Shown here one piece after another: positions 19,357 through 29,444 of a stretch of 64,000 nucleotides of DNA; the first letter of the stretch is position 1; each line of letters starts with the position of its first letter. Source of the stretch: an uncultured Chloroflexia bacterium (GTDB lineage Bacteria > Chloroflexota > Limnocylindria > Limnocylindrales > CSP1-4); NCBI GenBank assembly GCA_963719145.1, contig CAVRAX010000001.1, positions 1,017,729 to 1,081,728 of the forward strand, read 5' to 3'. The position numbers and the translations under genes were made by a program. The notes under the pieces were generated by a model, which worked only from the letters and a program-made list of their open reading frames with translations, had not been told where the DNA came from and made no database searches.

Positions 19357-20124
19357 TCAGCCGGCGACGAGCTGGCCCGCGACCTCGAGCGCCTCGTCCA
19401 CGGACTGGCCGCCGTGGATGATCGCGGCCAGGCCCCGGGTGATGGCGGCCGGGTCGGGATCGCGCCAGATGTTGTTGCCGATCGCGACACCGGCACAGCC
19501 GGCGATGACGACCGCGTCGTACACGTCCTGGAAGAGGTCGCGGACGTTGCCCTTCTTGGCGCCGCCGAGGATCACGACCGGGACCATCGCGTACTCGACG
19601 ACCCGGCGCATCGACTCGGGATCCCCGGTGTAGAAGGTCTTGATCATGTCCGCCCCGGTCTCGGCCGAGATCCGGGCGCCCGCGGCGATCTTGTCCGGGG
19701 TGTGCATGTCGGCGGCGGCGAAGCCACCGGGCACCGACTCGGCGATGTACGGCAGGCCGAAGCGGGCCGCGTCCGTCGCGAGCCGGGCCGCCTGGCGGAC
19801 GCTGTCGTCAGCGGTGAACGGGTAGAGCATCGACTTCACGGCATCGGCGCCGACCGACAGGGCCCGCTCGACCGCGACCTCGAGGAAGGGTGGCGTGGTA
19901 TCGAACGAGGCGATCGCGGCGGCCGACCCGATCGAATCACCGAAGGCGATGATCGAGCCGATCGGCGAGAGGAACGCGTCCGCCCCAGCCGGCACGACGG
20001 CCCGGCAGGTGTCGCCATACCTGGCGAGCCCGTCGACCGGCGCGTCCATGAACGCCGTGTGGTCCATGGCCACGATGAGGATTCGGCCATCCTCCTGGAG
20101 GAGCCGGTGCATCTTGCGCTTCAT
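19357..20124 (-). CDS. Class I aldolase, DhnA/LsrF family
   Basis: IVAMDH, GADMIKTFY (Schiff-base Lys), PVVILGG, GVAIGNNIW. Confidence 0.88.
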   Translation of the reverse strand: MKRKMHRLLQEDGRILIVAMDHTAFMDAPVDGLARYGDTCRAVVPAGADAFLSPIGSIIAFGDSIGSAAAIASFDTTPPFLEVAVERALSVGADAVKSMLYPFTADDSVRQAARLATDAARFGLPYIAESVPGGFAAADMHTPDKIAAGARISAETGADMIKTFYTGDPESMRRVVEYAMVPVVILGGAKKGNVRDLFQDVYDAVVIAGCAGVAIGNNIWRDPDPAAITRGLAAIIHGGQSVDEALEVAGQLVAG

Positions 20125-20159
20125 GCCTGCGTTCTCCTTCGACCCGTCTCGGTGGCCGG

Positions 20160-21233
20160 CTACATCTCCACGATGACGCGGTAGGTGCCCGGCTTGATCG
20201 CGTGCTCGAGCGCGGCGCCGATCTCCTCGAGCGGATACCGGATGTCGATGAGCGGCGAGAGGTCCACGAGGCCATAGCGGATGAGCCGGGTCGCCGCATA
20301 GAAGTCCTGCTTGTCCCCGGAGATGACGCCGAAGACGCCGGTCTCGCGGTTGTGCATCTCGTTGGGAGCGAACGTGAAGGCGGGCTCGGGGTGGGCGGCG
20401 GCGAAGAGGACGAAGCGGCCTCGATCGCTGAGCATCGCCAGGCCCTGCTCGTTGGCCGTCTCATGGCCGATGGCGGCGATGACCACTTCCGCGCCCCGGC
20501 CCTCGGTCAGCTCCTTGACCCGGGCGACGGGATCCTCCTTGGAGGCGTCGATCAGCTCCGTCGCCCCCATTCGCCCGGCCATCGCCAGGCGCGCCGGGTC
20601 GACCTCGCTGACGATGACCCGGCAGGCGTACTGTCGGGCCGCGACCACGTTCATCAGGCCCATCACGCCGGCCCCGATCACGACGACGTCCTGGCCGACG
20701 CGGAGGTCCAGGAGCCGGTCGGCGTGGAGGGCGCACGAGAGCGGCTCGGCCAGGGCCGCGGTCTCGAACGACGCGTCGCCGACGCGATAGACGCCGTCGG
20801 CGGCCTGGACCTTGTACTGGGCGAAGCCGCCCGGGCCCCAGGCCGTGCCGTACTTGGACACGACCCCGTAGTGCTGCTTGCAGGCCCGATCCTGGCCCGT
20901 CTTGCACCAGTGGCACTTGCCGCACGAGGCCGAGCCGATCGCGACCCGCTCGCCAACCTGGAGGTCTGTGTCCGTGCCGGCCCCGATGGCCGCGACCTCG
21001 CCGGCCATCTCGTGACCGCCGACGAACGGGAACTTGTTGGCCTGCGCTCCCGAGTAGCTGCGCTGCTCCCAGGTGCAGATCGCCGTCGCCCGGAGGCGGA
21101 CGAGGATCTCGCCGGGGCCGGGGACCGGCGTCTCGATGTCCACGACGCTGATGTCGTGGATGCCGGCCATGACACCCACCCGCATCGTGGTGCCAGTTCG
21201 GCTGCCGTGGGCTTCGATGGCTGACGCCGTCAT
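20160..21233 (-). CDS. Zinc-dependent (MDR) sugar/polyol dehydrogenase
   Basis: IC...GHEMAG, CGKCHWC..G...C, EPLSC, GAGVMG. Confidence 0.9.
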   Translation of the reverse strand: MTASAIEAHGSRTGTTMRVGVMAGIHDISVVDIETPVPGPGEILVRLRATAICTWEQRSYSGAQANKFPFVGGHEMAGEVAAIGAGTDTDLQVGERVAIGSASCGKCHWCKTGQDRACKQHYGVVSKYGTAWGPGGFAQYKVQAADGVYRVGDASFETAALAEPLSCALHADRLLDLRVGQDVVVIGAGVMGLMNVVAARQYACRVIVSEVDPARLAMAGRMGATELIDASKEDPVARVKELTEGRGAEVVIAAIGHETANEQGLAMLSDRGRFVLFAAAHPEPAFTFAPNEMHNRETGVFGVISGDKQDFYAATRLIRYGLVDLSPLIDIRYPLEEIGAALEHAIKPGTYRVIVEM

Positions 21234-21259
21234 CGTTCAGTCCTCCCACCCTGTGGGCC

Positions 21260-21303
21260 TGCAAGAAATTGCAGCAAGGAATTCCGAAGGTGCGCCAACT
21301 ATA
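21260..21303 (-). promoter_or_regulatory. Extended -10 (TGCTATAGT) plus putative SorC operator, copy 2
   Basis: TGCAAGAAATTGCAGCAAGGA at 21260-21280, just downstream of a minus-strand TATAGT at 21298-21303. Confidence 0.6.
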
Positions 21304-21405
21304 GCAGGGGCACACCGGGATTCCGAGACCTCGCGCTCCGAATCTCGGGTCGGTCGGGCCCCGACTTCGAGGGCCGTGTGGCCCGTTCCGAGGCATCATG
21401 CGGGG

Positions 21406-22335
21406 ATGAGCACCGGACCGGCCGTCGTCATCGCCTATGCCTACGGCGCGAGCGACTGGAAGACCACCGAGATCCGATCGGCCTTCACGAGGAACCTGCC
21501 GGGGCTCGATGTCGCCTTCGAGCCGATCGACTGGCGACCCTACCTGCCGTCACCCCAGGCCCACCTGCTCCGATTCGTCCGCAACCGCGATGCCGAGGCG
21601 GGTTGCGAGGAGGCCGCGAGCCCGCTCCGGCAACCCGTCGCGAGCCGAGCAGAAGGCCGAGGAGGGAGCCGGCGTCCGCCACGAACGTTCCCGGCCCGAA
21701 GCGACCTGGCGGCCACGGCCACCGAGCGCGCCGCCGTCGCGGCGCGGCGTCGTGAGGGCCGCCTGTCCCTCGACCCGCTGACGCGGCCGGCGATGCGGGT
21801 CGTTCATCACGCCATCGTCGACCACGCCGGGATCACGATGGCCGACGTCCTCGGCTACCTCCGCGACCCGGAGGCGGTGAGCGGCCCGGCCGCCGAGCGA
21901 CTGCTCGAGATCCGCCGCGGGGCCGGTGGTCGGCCCGTCGTGGCCGTCGGCCTGAGCCTCGGCGGGATCATCCTCGTCGACACGCTTGCCGCGCTCCTCC
22001 GCGACGGAGCCCGCTCCGAGGCGGATCGCCGCCCGGCCGACCTCCTCGTCACCGTCGGCTCGCAGTCCGCGGCGCTTCGGGCGCTCGGCGTGATGCCCTC
22101 AGCGCCTCGCGACGTCGTGCGCCCGGTGCTGTTCACCCCGTGGCTCAACGTGTGGCACGAGCACGACTACCTGTCGTATCCGGCCGGCGCCGTCTTCGAG
22201 CACCTGGCCGATGTCTGCGACCGGCGGGCCGTCCAGCGCGGCGCCTTTCCCGGGGTCCACTCGGGCTACCTGAATCGCTCGTCCCGCTTCTTCGACCACC
22301 TCGGGGCGGCGATCGCCGAACGCTTCGGCGAGTGA
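21406..22335 (+). CDS. Alpha/beta hydrolase-like protein
   Basis: VVAVGLSLGG nucleophile elbow, LVTVGSQ, WLNVW...DYLSY, HSGY. Confidence 0.75.
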   Translation: MSTGPAVVIAYAYGASDWKTTEIRSAFTRNLPGLDVAFEPIDWRPYLPSPQAHLLRFVRNRDAEAGCEEAASPLRQPVASRAEGRGGSRRPPRTFPARSDLAATATERAAVAARRREGRLSLDPLTRPAMRVVHHAIVDHAGITMADVLGYLRDPEAVSGPAAERLLEIRRGAGGRPVVAVGLSLGGIILVDTLAALLRDGARSEADRRPADLLVTVGSQSAALRALGVMPSAPRDVVRPVLFTPWLNVWHEHDYLSYPAGAVFEHLADVCDRRAVQRGAFPGVHSGYLNRSSRFFDHLGAAIAERFGE

Positions 22336-22495
22336 GGCCGGGCCTCTCGAGGCCGGGCCGCTCGGATGGCTCGTACGCGGGGCGCCGTGGATGTGGCGGG
22401 CGTCGCGTCGCCGGCGGGGGGCCGCGTGCTGGGGCCGCTGCGGTTGGCCCCTGCAGTTGGCCCCTGCGGAGACTCGTCGGGCGTCCGCGGCGCGG

Positions 22496-22771
22496 TCAGC
22501 GGCCGGCCGCCGCCTCGGCGATCGCGGCGTCGAGCTCCTCGTCCGACGGCTCGACGACGACGCGGGCGGGCCGTTCCGGATCCCCGATCAGGATGACCGG
22601 CGTCACCCGGACGCCCTCGTTGTACGAGCGATTGATGGCGTCGGCCTCGGCGTCGCGCTCGACGTTGCGATAGCTGAACGGGATTCCCCGGGCGGTGAGG
22701 TGAGCCCGCGAGCGGGTGGTGTCCTCACAGGTGTCGCGGCCGAGGATGAGGACCGCGGGCCATTCGGTCAC
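22496..22771 (-). CDS. Glutaredoxin/mycoredoxin-like protein (CxxT)
   Basis: CEDT, GIPFSYRNVE, VTPVILI, EPSDEEL. Confidence 0.8.
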   Translation of the reverse strand: MTEWPAVLILGRDTCEDTTRSRAHLTARGIPFSYRNVERDAEADAINRSYNEGVRVTPVILIGDPERPARVVVEPSDEELDAAIAEAAAGR

Positions 22772-22791
22772 GTTGATCCACCCACCCTGGG

Positions 22792-23058
22792 TCAGGCGTC
22801 GAAGCGCGGCGCTTGGCCGCGAGTTGCGGCCGAGGCCGCGGCGAGGACCTGGTCGCGGAGCAACACGGCGCCGGCCGGCGTCCGGCAGGCGGCGCAGCGG
22901 ATCTCCGGTCGATCGACGGGCTCGAGGCCGTCCTCGGGGGTGGCAAGGCCCAGGAGTCGGATCCCGGCGGGGTCGAGCACCACCCGGTCGAGGGCTCGGA
23001 CGGGGCTATCGATCTCCCAGGCTGCGAGCGGGCTCTCACAAGCCGGGCAGAGGGGCAC
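22792..23058 (-). CDS. Small zinc-ribbon protein
   Basis: CPAC...CAAC pairs at the end of a long shadow ORF; start uncertain. Confidence 0.55.
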   Translation of the reverse strand: MPLCPACESPLAAWEIDSPVRALDRVVLDPAGIRLLGLATPEDGLEPVDRPEIRCAACRTPAGAVLLRDQVLAAASAATRGQAPRFDA

Positions 23059-23176
23059 GGCCGAGGCCCTCACAAGCGTCGGATCAGGGGGCGGAGGCTG
23101 CCACGCGGGACCCGCCGGCGATCGCTGAGCATCGTCGAAAGGATACGACGACCGACCGCCGAGGGCCGTCCCCCGC

Positions 23177-24940
23177 TTGACGGATCGCTTCGACCGCCCG
23201 CACAGTGCCGCCGTGCGTTTCGGGGTTGCCGGCCTTCTCGGGTTGATCGTGCCCGGGGCCGGCCACCTGTTCGCCGGCCGGAGCCGCGACGCCCTCGTCT
23301 TCCTGATCCCGACGGCGGCCGCCATCGGCGGAATCGTCGGCGCCGTCCTGGCCGTGGGCCCGACCGGCATCCTGGCGTTCATCGTCGCACCCGGCGTCCT
23401 TCCGGTCCTGGCGGTCATCAACATCGTCATCGCGTTCTGGCGGGTCTTCGCGGCGATGGAGGGCGCCCGCCTCGAGCCCCGAACGTGGCGGTCTGCGGTG
23501 ATCGTCGGCGTCGGCCTCGCCGCCCTCGTCGTCGGGCCCCATCTCGTCGCCGGCCGACTGATCGCCTCCACGAACGACTTCCTCGACTCGTTCTTCGCGG
23601 GCCCGGCCGCCGTGGCGCCGTCGTCCGAGCCATCGTCCGCCGCTGCCTCCGCGGCGGTGCCGGAACCGACGTACCGGGAGGCCGACTGGAGTGCCTGGAT
23701 CCGCCGGCCCGACGGCGGGATCGACGAGGGCGGTGTGCCGCTGCCGACGCCGCCCCCGACACCGCCGCCGCCGAAGGGTCCATATGGCGGCGGGGGCGGG
23801 GCCGGGTCGTTGCCGCCGCTCGGCGCCGCGGTGCCCTGGGACGCCCCCGGCGCGATCCCGTGGGGCGGCGATGGCCGCTTCGACCTGCTCCTCCTCGGTT
23901 CGGACGCCGGTACGGGTCGGTGGAGCCGCCGGATGGACGTGATGCTCCTCGTCGAGATCGACGTCGCCAGCGGCAAGGTGGCCCTGATCGGGCTGCCGCG
24001 AAACCTCCAGAACGCGCCGTACCCGCCCGGCTTCGCCCGCGACGCCGTCCCCTGCGGATGCCTGACAGGGCTCCTCAACGAGGCCTACGTCGAGGCGACC
24101 GCCCGGCATCCTGATCGCTGGCCGGGCAGCGGCGCCTTGAAGGGCATCGGCGCGGTCCGGGGGATTGTCTCCGAGCTGACCGGCCGGCCGATCGACGCCG
24201 TCCTCGTGGCCGACCTCATGGGCGTCATCGATGTCGTGAACGCCCTCGGCGGCGTCGACATCTACGTCCCCTCGCCCGTGACCGACAGCCACTACCCCGA
24301 CCCGATCCTCGGCTCGATCTACCTCCACATCAAGGCCGGCCAGCAGCACATGGACGGGCGAATCGCTCTCGCCTACGCCCGGAGCCGTCACAGCAGCTCG
24401 GACTACGACCGGATGGCCCGCCAGCAGACGCTGCTCCTCGCGATCCACGACCAGATCGGCCCGGCCGCGATCCTCGGCGCGCCCGACCTCTTCGCGGCGG
24501 CCAAGGGCCGCGCCTGGACCGACCTGCCGCGGGAGTCGCTGCCGGCGCTCGTCGAGCTCTTCGCCAGGGCCGCCAACGCGTCGGTCAAGCAGCTCCGGAT
24601 CGTGCCCCCGACCTACCCGTCCTGGCTGACCTCAACGGAGATTGCCAGGATCCAGCACGACATCGCCAACACCCTCGGGCCCCTGCCGAGCCCGACGTCG
24701 GAGCCGAGCCCGACGCCGGAACCGAGCCCGACGCCCGAACCGAGCCCAACGCCCGAACCGAGCCCGAGTCCGACGCTCGAACCGACCGTCGGCGCGAGCC
24801 CGTCGCCGAGCCCGACGCCGTCGCCGGCTGCCTCGCCGACTCCCGGGACCTCCCCCTCACCGAGCCTCGGGTCGTCCCCGTCGCCGACCGCAACGTCGTC
24901 GCCGACGGCCGGTCCGACGCCGACCGCGACCTCGCCCTAG
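23177..24940 (+). CDS. LCP (LytR-CpsA-Psr) family protein with N-terminal TM helices and Pro/Ser/Thr tail
   Basis: LLLGSD, RMDVMLL, LPRNL, LGGVDI, ALAYARSRH.SSDYDRMARQQ. Confidence 0.92.
   Translation: MTDRFDRPHSAAVRFGVAGLLGLIVPGAGHLFAGRSRDALVFLIPTAAAIGGIVGAVLAVGPTGILAFIVAPGVLPVLAVINIVIAFWRVFAAMEGARLEPRTWRSAVIVGVGLAALVVGPHLVAGRLIASTNDFLDSFFAGPAAVAPSSEPSSAAASAAVPEPTYREADWSAWIRRPDGGIDEGGVPLPTPPPTPPPPKGPYGGGGGAGSLPPLGAAVPWDAPGAIPWGGDGRFDLLLLGSDAGTGRWSRRMDVMLLVEIDVASGKVALIGLPRNLQNAPYPPGFARDAVPCGCLTGLLNEAYVEATARHPDRWPGSGALKGIGAVRGIVSELTGRPIDAVLVADLMGVIDVVNALGGVDIYVPSPVTDSHYPDPILGSIYLHIKAGQQHMDGRIALAYARSRHSSSDYDRMARQQTLLLAIHDQIGPAAILGAPDLFAAAKGRAWTDLPRESLPALVELFARAANASVKQLRIVPPTYPSWLTSTEIARIQHDIANTLGPLPSPTSEPSPTPEPSPTPEPSPTPEPSPSPTLEPTVGASPSPSPTPSPAASPTPGTSPSPSLGSSPSPTATSSPTAGPTPTATSP
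24686..24775 (+). repeat. 18-bp coding tandem repeat, about 5 units (PSPTPE)
   Basis: CCGAGCCC(G/A)ACGxxxGA(A/G) units in the LCP tail. Confidence 0.8.
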
Positions 24941-24974
24941 ACGCAGATCCTCGCCGGGCGACCCGAATCTCGCT

Positions 24975-26549
24975 CTAGGACCCCGCGTCGAACGACCGCT
25001 CGGAGTAGCGGGCCAGGCGCTCGCCGGGCAGGGGACCGGATCGGCCGCGGCGGTCCGGGTCACCCGGTCGTCTCGCGGCCTCGGACGGTCCGGGACCGGC
25101 CCAGCGCGGGGCCGCGGGCGCTCCGGCCTGCCGGGGCGTGGCGGGTCGGTCGTGGACCGGCCCACCCGACCCTCGCCGAGGGACGTATCGATTCGGCCGC
25201 GACGCCGGGGGGCGTGAACCGCGATGCGACTGCACCTCGACTCCGGGCATCGTGTCGCGCCTCGAACGATGGCCGCCCTGGCGCCGGCCGTCCCCGCTCG
25301 CGGCGAAGGGGACACGCCCGGGCCGCGCGCCCGGCCCGCCTCCGCTTCGCAGGCGGATGGGCTGGGGCGCGATCGAGCGATCCGGCTCGAAGCCGGCGAC
25401 GATCTCGACCGCGATCCGTTGACCGAGGAGGCCCTCGATGTCGCGGAGGAGCCGGTTCTCGTCAACGCAGACGAGTGAGATCGCGTCACCCATCGAGCCT
25501 GCCCGCCCGGTTCGACCGATCCGGTGGAGGTAATCCTCCGGGACCATCGGCAGCTCGAAGTTGACGACGTGGGGCAGCTCCTCGATGTCGATGCCCCGGG
25601 CGGCGACCTCGGTCGCCACGAGGATCGAGACCCGGCCCGCCTTGAAGTCATCGAGGGCCCGGACGCGCTGTGACTGGCTGCGGTTGCCGTGGATGGCCGC
25701 GGCCCGGATGCCGTCCTTGCCGAGCTGCTCGGCGAGCCGGTTGGCACCGTGCTTCGTCCGGGTGAAGACGAGGGCCTGGTCGATCCGGCCGGAGGCGACG
25801 AGCTCGCGAAGGAGATCGCGCTTGCGTTCGCGGTCGACCCGGATGACGACCTGGCGAACGAGCTCCGTCGGGGTGTTGCGGGGCGTCGCCTGGACCTGGG
25901 CCGGATCGTGGAGGAAGCCCGCGGCGAGGGCCCGGATCTCGTCGTTGAAGGTCGCCGAGAAGAGGAGGTTCTGGCGCCTCTCGGGCAGGACGGCGAGGAC
26001 CTTGCGGATGTCCCGGATGAAGCCCATGTCGAGCATCCGGTCGGCCTCGTCGAGGACGAGGACCTCGATCGCCGAGAGGTCGGCCGTCCGCTGGTTCATG
26101 TGGTCGAGCAGCCGGCCCGGGGTCGCGACGACGATCTCCGGGCCGGACCGGAGCGCCCTGAACTGGGGCTCGTAGCCGACGCCGCCGTAGATGGGCACGG
26201 ACCGCACGGGTCGTTGGGCGCCGTACGTCCGGACGCTCTCCTCCACCTGGAGGGCGAGCTCGCGGGTCGGGACGAGGACGAGGACGCGGGGCAGGCGACG
26301 AGGCGGCTGGCCGGGGCGGCCGGCGGCGAGTGCGCGCCCTGCCGGCGCGGGCGTTCCGTGGAGGTACTGGAGGATGGGGAGGACGAAGGCGGCCGTCTTG
26401 CCGGTGCCGGTCCGGGCGCCGGCGAGGACGTCGCGACCCGCCAGCACGTGGGGGATGGCCTGGGCCTGGATGGGGGTGGGCTCGGTGTAGCCCTGGTCCG
26501 CGACGGCGCGGAGGAGCTCGGGCGTCAGCCCGAGACGATCGAATGACAA
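24975..26549 (-). CDS. rhlE: DEAD-box RNA helicase, RhlE-like, second paralog with long Arg/Gly-rich tail
   Basis: All helicase motifs present ([23 protein letters not shown]). Confidence 0.93.
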   Translation of the reverse strand: MSFDRLGLTPELLRAVADQGYTEPTPIQAQAIPHVLAGRDVLAGARTGTGKTAAFVLPILQYLHGTPAPAGRALAAGRPGQPPRRLPRVLVLVPTRELALQVEESVRTYGAQRPVRSVPIYGGVGYEPQFRALRSGPEIVVATPGRLLDHMNQRTADLSAIEVLVLDEADRMLDMGFIRDIRKVLAVLPERRQNLLFSATFNDEIRALAAGFLHDPAQVQATPRNTPTELVRQVVIRVDRERKRDLLRELVASGRIDQALVFTRTKHGANRLAEQLGKDGIRAAAIHGNRSQSQRVRALDDFKAGRVSILVATEVAARGIDIEELPHVVNFELPMVPEDYLHRIGRTGRAGSMGDAISLVCVDENRLLRDIEGLLGQRIAVEIVAGFEPDRSIAPQPIRLRSGGGPGARPGRVPFAASGDGRRQGGHRSRRDTMPGVEVQSHRGSRPPASRPNRYVPRRGSGGPVHDRPATPRQAGAPAAPRWAGPGPSEAARRPGDPDRRGRSGPLPGERLARYSERSFDAGS

Positions 26550-26773
26550 GGGAGTGTGCTCCTGGTCGGGCCCTCCCGCGATCCTGCGGGGCCCGGTCAG
26601 GGCGAGGGGTGGATCGAAATCAGCGGCAAGGGACCGGGGCGCTGACCGGAGCGCCCATCGAGCTCGAAGGCGCGAAGCATAGCCGGGATCCGACGATCGC
26701 GCCGGCCTCGGCGGACCCCGGCCGCGCCTCGGCCGTCGAAGCCGGCCGCGCCCGAGCCGTCAGGCCCGAGCCG

Positions 26774-27079
26774 TCAGAACTGGCGCCAGCCCTCGCGCGA
26801 GACCCAGACGGTGACGTCCGGTTGCCCGTCGAACATCGAGCCGACCTCGGCCTGGACGGCCGGGTCGCCCAGGAACTTCTGGATCGACTCGGCCGAGTCC
26901 CAGGCATCGATCGCGAGGAACTCCATCGGGTCCGCGGCGTTGGCGAAGACCATGTGGCCGGTGCCGCCGAGCTCCTGTGTCCGCGGGATCAGCGAGTCCA
27001 CGATCCGGTTGTGGTGCTCCATGGCGGCCTGTTGGTCGGACGTGGCAAGCCGGCCCTGGACCTTGGTGATTGCCGACAA
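26774..27079 (-). CDS. Small ABM-like (dimeric alpha-beta barrel) protein
   Basis: Last ~100 aa of a shadow ORF: DPMEFLAIDAWDSAESIQKFLGDP; GGAGGG RBS before TTG. Confidence 0.7.
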   Translation of the reverse strand: MSAITKVQGRLATSDQQAAMEHHNRIVDSLIPRTQELGGTGHMVFANAADPMEFLAIDAWDSAESIQKFLGDPAVQAEVGSMFDGQPDVTVWVSREGWRQF

Positions 27080-27163
27080 CTTTCGACCCTCCGTCTCGTC
27101 TATGAGGTTGACGCAGCCATAGACGGCGGTCCGGCCGGAGACTGTGCGGTACCGTGGAGGGAG

Positions 27164-28168
27164 ATGTCGGAATCGGCGGCCCCGCACGACGATCGCGACG
27201 CCTTCGGCCGGGCCCTGGAACAGCACCACCACGACCTCGTCCTCCTCTGCTACCGGTTCCTCGGCTCGGTCCACGACGCCGAGGAGGCCGTGCAGGAGAC
27301 GGCGATCCGGGCCTGGCGTGGGCGGGCGAGCTACCGCGGCGACGCCTCGATGCGGACCTGGCTTCACAGGATCGCGACCCGCGTCTGCCTGGATCTCCTG
27401 CGAAGCCGCCGCGGGCGCGTCCTGCCGGTCTCCGTGGCGGGCCCGGCCGACCCGACCCGCCCGGCGCCCCCGCGGCCGGCTGCCGAGGTCGCCTGGATCG
27501 AGCCGCTGCCCGATGCGTTCGTCGCCGGCGTCGAGCTCGACCCGGCGGCCTGGTACGACCTCCGGGAGAGTGTCTCGCTCGCCTTCATCGCCGCGCTCCA
27601 GGCCGTCCCGGCACGCCAGCGCGCCGTCCTCCTCCTGCGGGACGTCCTCGGCTGGTCGGCGCGCGAGACGGCCGAGGCCCTCGAGATGACGGAGCCGGCC
27701 GTGAACAGTGCCCTGCACCGGGCGAGGACCACCTTCCGGGCGACCCATCATCGATCGGGTCGTGACACCGTCCCGGCCGCGCCGCCATCCGACCCCGCAA
27801 TCCGGCGGCTGCTCCGGGCCTACGTCCGCGCCTGGGAGTCCGACGACGTTCGAGGCCTGCTCGCCACGATGCGGGCCGACGTCCGGCTGGCGATGCCCCC
27901 GTCGCCGTCGTGGTACGCCGGCGTGGCCGACGTCGAGACCCTCTTCCGGACCTGGGTCTTCGGTCCCCTCCGGCCGCCCGCCGGCTACCGGGCGGCCGCG
28001 ACGATCGCCAACGGCCAGCCGGCCGTCGTGTTCGGGAGCCGCGCCCCAGGGTCGCCGCCGAGCGGCGTCCAGGTCCTCGACCTCGAGGACGGGCAGGTGT
28101 CCGACCTCACGATCTTCGTCGAGCCGGCGATCGCGGCGGCCTTCGGGTGGCCCGAGCCGGCGGGCTAG
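27164..28168 (+). CDS. ECF sigma factor with C-terminal SnoaL-like extension (SigG-like)
   Basis: CYRFLGSVHDAEEAVQET, WLHRIATRVCLD, RQRAVLLLRDVLGW, ANGQPA. Confidence 0.9.
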   Translation: MSESAAPHDDRDAFGRALEQHHHDLVLLCYRFLGSVHDAEEAVQETAIRAWRGRASYRGDASMRTWLHRIATRVCLDLLRSRRGRVLPVSVAGPADPTRPAPPRPAAEVAWIEPLPDAFVAGVELDPAAWYDLRESVSLAFIAALQAVPARQRAVLLLRDVLGWSARETAEALEMTEPAVNSALHRARTTFRATHHRSGRDTVPAAPPSDPAIRRLLRAYVRAWESDDVRGLLATMRADVRLAMPPSPSWYAGVADVETLFRTWVFGPLRPPAGYRAAATIANGQPAVVFGSRAPGSPPSGVQVLDLEDGQVSDLTIFVEPAIAAAFGWPEPAG

Positions 28169-29025
28169 TTCGGCCGGCCGCCGCCGCCCATCTCGCGGCC
28201 CTGGTCTCGCAGGAAGCGCTCGATGTCGGCGATGAGGTCGTCGCCGGCCGGGAGGCGCGACTCGTCGGCCATGCCCTCGAGGCGCTCCACGTAGTTGCGG
28301 GTGTTCTCGTCGAGCGAGGCCGCCGTGTCGAGGCGCGTTCGGAGCGTCTGGGCTTCCTCGGCGAGGTCGCCCAGCGGGGGCTCGATGTCGAGGTGCTGGC
28401 CGAGGACCCGGAGCAGCTCCGCGGATGCCCCGGGGTACTCGCCCGACACGTAGTGCGGGATCTGGGCGAAGTAGCCGACGGCCGGGATGCCCGCCCGCGA
28501 CACGGCGACGTCGAGGACGGAGATGCAGGCGGCCGGGACGCGGAGGAGGCCCTCCGGACCGGGCCGGACGTCGGCGCGGAGGAGGCCCGGCCTCGACGAC
28601 GTCCCGAGGATCGGCACGGGCCGCGTGTGGGGCACGGCCGCCGGGATCGCACCGAGGCTGATCCACTGGGCGACCTCGAGCTTCTTGGCGATGTCGACGA
28701 CGTCGGCCGCGAATCGGCGCCACTTGAAGTCCGGCTCGGCCCCCGTCAGGACGAGGAGGTCGCGCTCGCCGATGCGCTGGCTCCGCATCTGGAGGGCCGG
28801 CCAGGTCAGGCGCTCGGGCTTGCCGTCCTGGATCTCGAGGGTCGGTCGCCGGGCCCGGAAGTCGAAGAGCTGGTCGCCGTCGAACTCGACCACGAGCCGG
28901 CCGCTGCCGGCGAGGAGCTTGGCGGCGGCCGTGGCCGCGCTGCCCGCGTCGACCCAACCATCGAGCGCCGTGACGACGACGGGCTCGACGAGGCCGTCGG
29001 GTTGGGTGAGCCGATAGAGCGCCAT
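28165..29025 (-). CDS. PAC2 family (proteasome assembly chaperone-like) protein
   Basis: GWVDAG, FDFRARRP, GAEPDFKW, VPHTRP, QIPHY. Confidence 0.88.
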   Translation of the reverse strand: MALYRLTQPDGLVEPVVVTALDGWVDAGSAATAAAKLLAGSGRLVVEFDGDQLFDFRARRPTLEIQDGKPERLTWPALQMRSQRIGERDLLVLTGAEPDFKWRRFAADVVDIAKKLEVAQWISLGAIPAAVPHTRPVPILGTSSRPGLLRADVRPGPEGLLRVPAACISVLDVAVSRAGIPAVGYFAQIPHYVSGEYPGASAELLRVLGQHLDIEPPLGDLAEEAQTLRTRLDTAASLDENTRNYVERLEGMADESRLPAGDDLIADIERFLRDQGREMGGGGRPN

Positions 29026-29040
29026 CGCCCGAGCCGCTCG

Positions 29041-29418
29041 CTATTCCTGCCCGGGCCAGCCGAACGTGCTGCCGTCGATGACCGGCAGTCCGTCCCAGTC
29101 GCTCCGGACCGGGTTGAAGGCCTCGATGATCACGGCCCCATCCGGGCCGGCCGTCACCCCATGGGGCAGACCCGAGAGGATTCGCCAGCCGCCACCGGCC
29201 ACGACGTGCCGTGTTTCCGCGCCGATCGTGATCTCGACATCGCCCTGGATCACGATGCCCACCTGCTCGGCCTCGTGCTGGTGGACGGGGACGATCGAGC
29301 TGGGGTCGATCTCCACGACGGCGAGGGTGATCCGCTCCCCGACGACCCGACGGGCTCGGACCGCGTCGCCCCACAATGCCAGGACCGGCATGCCCGTACC
29401 CTTCGCGATGATGCTCAT
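29041..29418 (-). CDS. Cupin domain protein
   Basis: HQHEAEQ...PHGV...AFNPVR. Confidence 0.88.
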   Translation of the reverse strand: MSIIAKGTGMPVLALWGDAVRARRVVGERITLAVVEIDPSSIVPVHQHEAEQVGIVIQGDVEITIGAETRHVVAGGGWRILSGLPHGVTAGPDGAVIIEAFNPVRSDWDGLPVIDGSTFGWPGQE

Positions 29419-29444
29419 TCGGTGAGGATAGCGCGGGGAGCTCG

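Noticed and set aside
24686-24935. Tandem repeats as a possible CRISPR or VNTR element
   Set aside because: In-frame Pro/Ser/Thr linker of the LCP protein; no spacers and no cas genes.
28165-29025. PAC2 gene as part of the Ubl system
   Set aside because: Separated by unrelated genes, a common stand-alone gene, and no proteasome or Pup genes in the window.
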